Source of the DNA: a virus
DNA length: 64,000 bases
Reading direction: 5' to 3' (one strand)
Virus record (IMG/VR): IMGVR_UViG_3300025133_000033
Shown here: piece by piece, positions 61,017 to 64,000 of the stretch
How positions within the stretch are numbered: position 1 is the stretch's first letter
Layout of the letters: the number at the start of each line of letters is the position of its first letter
Notes under the pieces: generated by a model
What the model saw: only the letters and a program-made list of their open reading frames with translations
The model's database searches: none
What the model was told of the DNA's origin: nothing
Program-made: the position numbers and the translations under genes

Positions 61017-61901
61017 AATAAAAATCCTTGGGGGAACGTGGTGGTTATGCTTCAATTATAACAAGTGTTTGGCGGGTGTCAACCCTATCCCGATAAAATT
61101 CTCAAAGTTTTTTAAAACTCTGAGGCTGTCGGCTGATCGTTGTGCTGTTCAACGAACTGGTTGAATTCGAGCGTCCACCTATGTGGGTGGCTCACTATCC
61201 CCACGATCTCATCAGCTCGCCAACCCTCATCGGCTAGGTGGCTGAGGAACATGGCGAAACCTTCGGTCGTGAGCGTGAGTCCGGTAGTTGTCTTGAGCAT
61301 TTTGCTTCCTTAGCAAGTGGCGTTTAGTACTCTTCCATTATACATAGTATCGGTCGTTTGTCAACAACAAAACCACTAAATACCGAAATAAACCCGAAAT
61401 ACTTTTGGCACGATATTTGCAGTAAGATTTCGTCGTAAGTCCTTTCATACCAACGACTTACATCGACGCCGGGCGGGTGGCCCACCTAAGTCCTTATATA
61501 CCAAGGGTTTACGTCGAATCATTTTCCTTTTTTAGCTACACATACAGGTGCCCCAATCAACACAACACGTACTAGTCCACACTTGACACAATGAACACCA
61601 TACCATATCACCCCCACAGGAATGACAGTATTCGTCCCCTTCCTCATAATCATTTGGCTTATCGTCGTCGTACATCGTATTTCCCTTTCCTTTACTTTAT
61701 TATAGCATATGTTCCAACTGGAGTCAACCCCTAAACCCGCGTGCCAGAAACTCGCGTGCAATGTATGTAGAGGCGACAGGCGACCGAGAAGCTACTATGG
61801 GTAGTACAGTCCCCCCATTAGTAGGGCATCACCTCATCAGGAAGGTAACGGCTGATCCAACTATTCGGAAATTCCTAATAGTTCGCCAACTTTAAGATTT
61901 T

Positions 61902-62129
61902 CTACCATTCGTCCCCCCCATAGCAACCATAGGACTCATCACATTCGCAGAAGTCCTCCCGCTCCTGAGATTCGAGCATCTCATCACGAGCCATTTCCGC
62001 CGACCATTCCTCATCGACGCAACAGCATTCCTCCACGCTATTGGGCACGAGAGCCCCACAATCCTCACACACCCAAGCGTCACCAAGGAAAGATTCGCGG
62101 GAATCGACGTTAGCTTTTTTTTCACACAT
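61902..62129 (-). CDS. acidic Zn-ribbon protein; paralog of 60765..61016
   Basis: Same motifs. Confidence 0.7.
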   Translation of the reverse strand: MCEKKANVDSRESFLGDAWVCEDCGALVPNSVEECCCVDEEWSAEMARDEMLESQEREDFCECDESYGCYGGDEW

Positions 62130-62353
62130 GACATAAGCTCCTGAACACGTTGCGTTTAGTACTCCCTCATTATAGTATATATCGGCATCTTGTCAACATC
62201 TAAATCAACAAAATCACAAAGAAACCCAAAATACTTTTGGCACGATATTTGCGTAAGGAATCGTCGTAAGTCCTTTGATACCAAGGGGTTAGGGCGAGCC
62301 CCAGCCGGTCGTCGCCGTAAGTCCTTTGATACCAACGAGTTACGTCGAAAAAT

Positions 62354-62461
62354 TTAGGAGATTAGCACGGCCAGTACTAGTACGGATAGCGTACCCACGA
62401 ATAGTACTAGAGCGGGGATAACGAAAACTTGCGTCAAAAAAGAAATAATATCACTAATCAT
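62354..62461 (-). CDS. 35-aa hydrophobic membrane peptide MISDIISFLTQVFVIPALVLFVGTLSVLVLAVLIS
   Basis: Homologous to 57931..58038. Confidence 0.7.
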   Translation of the reverse strand: MISDIISFLTQVFVIPALVLFVGTLSVLVLAVLIS

Positions 62462-62571
62462 GTCAAGTACCTTGGAAAAGTGTCAAGTATTAGTCTGATT
62501 CGATAGCTAAGCTATCTCGGCACCCTTACGGATTATGGTGCCTTTTATAGGGGGCTGAGTCCGCTCCCCTT

Positions 62572-62583
62572 TTAGTATCCCAT
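62572..62583 (-). CDS. Met-Gly-Tyr minigene, copy 2
   Basis: AGGAGG-N9-ATG GGA TAC TAA. Confidence 0.55.
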   Translation of the reverse strand: MGY

Positions 62584-63312
62584 TGGCTTTGTCCTCCTAT
62601 GTTGGTTGTCGTTGTTTTGTATGGTTTAATTATACCATGTTGTCGATTGGTGTCAACCCCATTCGCAGTTACTTTTCTGGTTTGTTCAGAAAGTTTTCGT
62701 ATAGCCCCTGATAAGGGGGTACTGGCTTAGGGAAAGCACAAGCACCATGGAACACCACAGCACCGGGAACAGGCTTACTGCAAGGCTTACCGCATAAGCC
62801 GCAGTTTCCAGAACCTTTTTCTTTGTGTTCCCAAACGTGTGGTTTTCGTGGCATGATGTTTTTCCTTAGTGGCGTTGTTTTGTATAATTGAATTGTAGCA
62901 GATTAGTTGGTTGCTGTCAACCCCTGATAGCAGATTATTAGAACATTTCTCATCATGCTCTCGAAATCAGCATAGGATACAATCCCGCACCCATTGGTAT
63001 CGAATAGCACGTCAACAGCTACGTCCATACCATAGCGGTCGATTGCAATGAAGCAATCATTAATGGTAAGATCGCAACGGGCGAGAGTGTCATTTGTGTC
63101 AATCATCATAATTCCTTAGTAACCTTGTTTAGTACTCCCTCATTATACATAGTATCGGCAATTTGTCAACACCAAAACCACTAAAATCACAAATTAGTCC
63201 AAAATACTTTTGGCACGGTATTTGCGTAAAAAATCGTCGTAAGTCCTTTGATACCAACGGGTTAGGGCGAGCCGCCGCCGGTTTTCGTCGTAAGTCCTTT
63301 GATACCAACGAG

Positions 63313-63525
63313 TTACGTCGATTTTTTTAGGGGCTTAGCAATATCTACCTCGTTTAGGGGGAGCCATCCCATCCACATATCAGCAGCCTCCACCAATACG
63401 GATTGCTCACCCCCCATGCAGGGAGGAAAGTCTACATCTTTGATCTTAAATATGGGGCCATGCTCTCTGATCCTGTCGCGGGTTCTTTTGGTGGCTCGCC
63501 TTGCTTTGGGTTGTAGTATTCTCAT
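63313..63525 (-). CDS. duplicate of 56676..56888
   Basis: Near-identical DNA including flanks. Confidence 0.7.
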   Translation of the reverse strand: MRILQPKARRATKRTRDRIREHGPIFKIKDVDFPPCMGGEQSVLVEAADMWMGWLPLNEVDIAKPLKKST

Positions 63526-63576
63526 TATAAGATCTTTATGGTGATGTCGGCCAAGGCCAGTCTAATTTGTCAAGTA

Positions 63577-63834
63577 CTACTCGCACCCGTAGCGGGCACA
63601 ATCACGACGTTTTGCGTCGATGTATTTTCCGCGAGCTTCGGAAAGTTCGGGAACAATGTAAGTGTTACCGTCCAACCAACATAGGCAGTTGCCATGCTCG
63701 GCAATGAAGCCGTTAATATCGCCTTGATTGGATAGTACCCGTAGGGCATCCGTATCGGTTTCAATCTTAGGCATATCCCAAACGCTTTCAACAGACGATA
63801 GGGCAGGAAGTACGATTTCGGAAACTAAAATCAT
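63577..63834 (-). CDS. paralog of 57261..57515
   Basis: MILVSEIVLPA...CARYGCE; start placed downstream of the leader motif. Confidence 0.65.
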   Translation of the reverse strand: MILVSEIVLPALSSVESVWDMPKIETDTDALRVLSNQGDINGFIAEHGNCLCWLDGNTYIVPELSEARGKYIDAKRRDCARYGCE

Positions 63835-64000
63835 TGTAAACTCTTTCTTGTTAGCTGGGCTATTCAGTCTCAAATGAGCTATTCACTTTTGTGAATCCAG
63901 TAAGCCGTTGCTTTGTTATATCAGTATTATACCATAGGGGCGTGACACGTTAGGTCAACGGTCCAGGGAATTATCGTGATTTTCTTTAAGGCTTTTCCAA

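Larger units (their letters stand above)
46784..63315. repeat. family A: 16 pairs (plus 6 singles) of 25-bp dyads TAAGTCSTT-N7-AASGRSTTA separated by a 26-bp GC-rich linker
   Basis: Pairs start at 46784, 46946, 48183, 50055, 51340, 52009, 53237, 54219, 55857, 56603, 57858, 59443, 60507, 61436, 62267, 63240; singles at 46908, 49995, 57656, 57763, 59241, 59348. Confidence 0.95.

Noticed and set aside
46784-63315. Dyad-linker-dyad modules as CRISPR mini-arrays
   Set aside because: The 26-bp linkers resemble each other and are low-complexity GC, the repeats vary in their centre, and no cas genes are in the window.
46784-63315. Modules as canonical integron attC sites
   Set aside because: GTTRRRY/RYYYAAC matches are sporadic, there is no single long hairpin with extrahelical bases, cassettes have their own promoters, and no IntI is seen.

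Overview
This window looks like part of a large (jumbo/huge-type) dsDNA phage genome in the standard genetic code, with almost all genes on the - strand. A Flp-type pilin and a TatA with Planctomycete-like sequence style suggest a Planctomycetota host (inference). From left to right: (1) 0-3 kb: stand-alone GGQ release-factor domain, tRNAs, aberrant tRNA-like RNAs and SSB. (2) 4.5-19.2 kb: an NDP-sugar synthesis, modification and glycosyltransferase cluster. (3) 19-31 kb: RuvB with a Zn-ribbon/RuvA-domain-III partner, rIIA/rIIB and a sigma70-family factor. (4) 31-38 kb: tRNA clusters, a duplicated glycosyltransferase, and a TerD-like-domain gene preceded by five covarying structured repeats with variable loops. 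(5) 38-46 kb: small hypothetical genes and a short + strand island. (6) 46.5-64 kb: short transcription cassettes, most with their own near-consensus sigma70 promoter, punctuated by 16 fixed-geometry pairs of 9-7-9 dyads, 10 of which follow a sigma54 -24/-12 motif pointing antisense. Several cassettes appear to carry RNAs or micro-peptides that the ORF track misses: two ~195-nt tRNA-shelled RNAs, a CUA-anticodon tRNA with a 70-nt T-arm insertion, a ~750-nt candidate large ncRNA, a three-way-junction leader in three copies, and a duplicated Met-Gly-Tyr minigene plus 35-aa membrane peptide. All calls are by eye; no database search was run, and coordinates may be off by a few bases.
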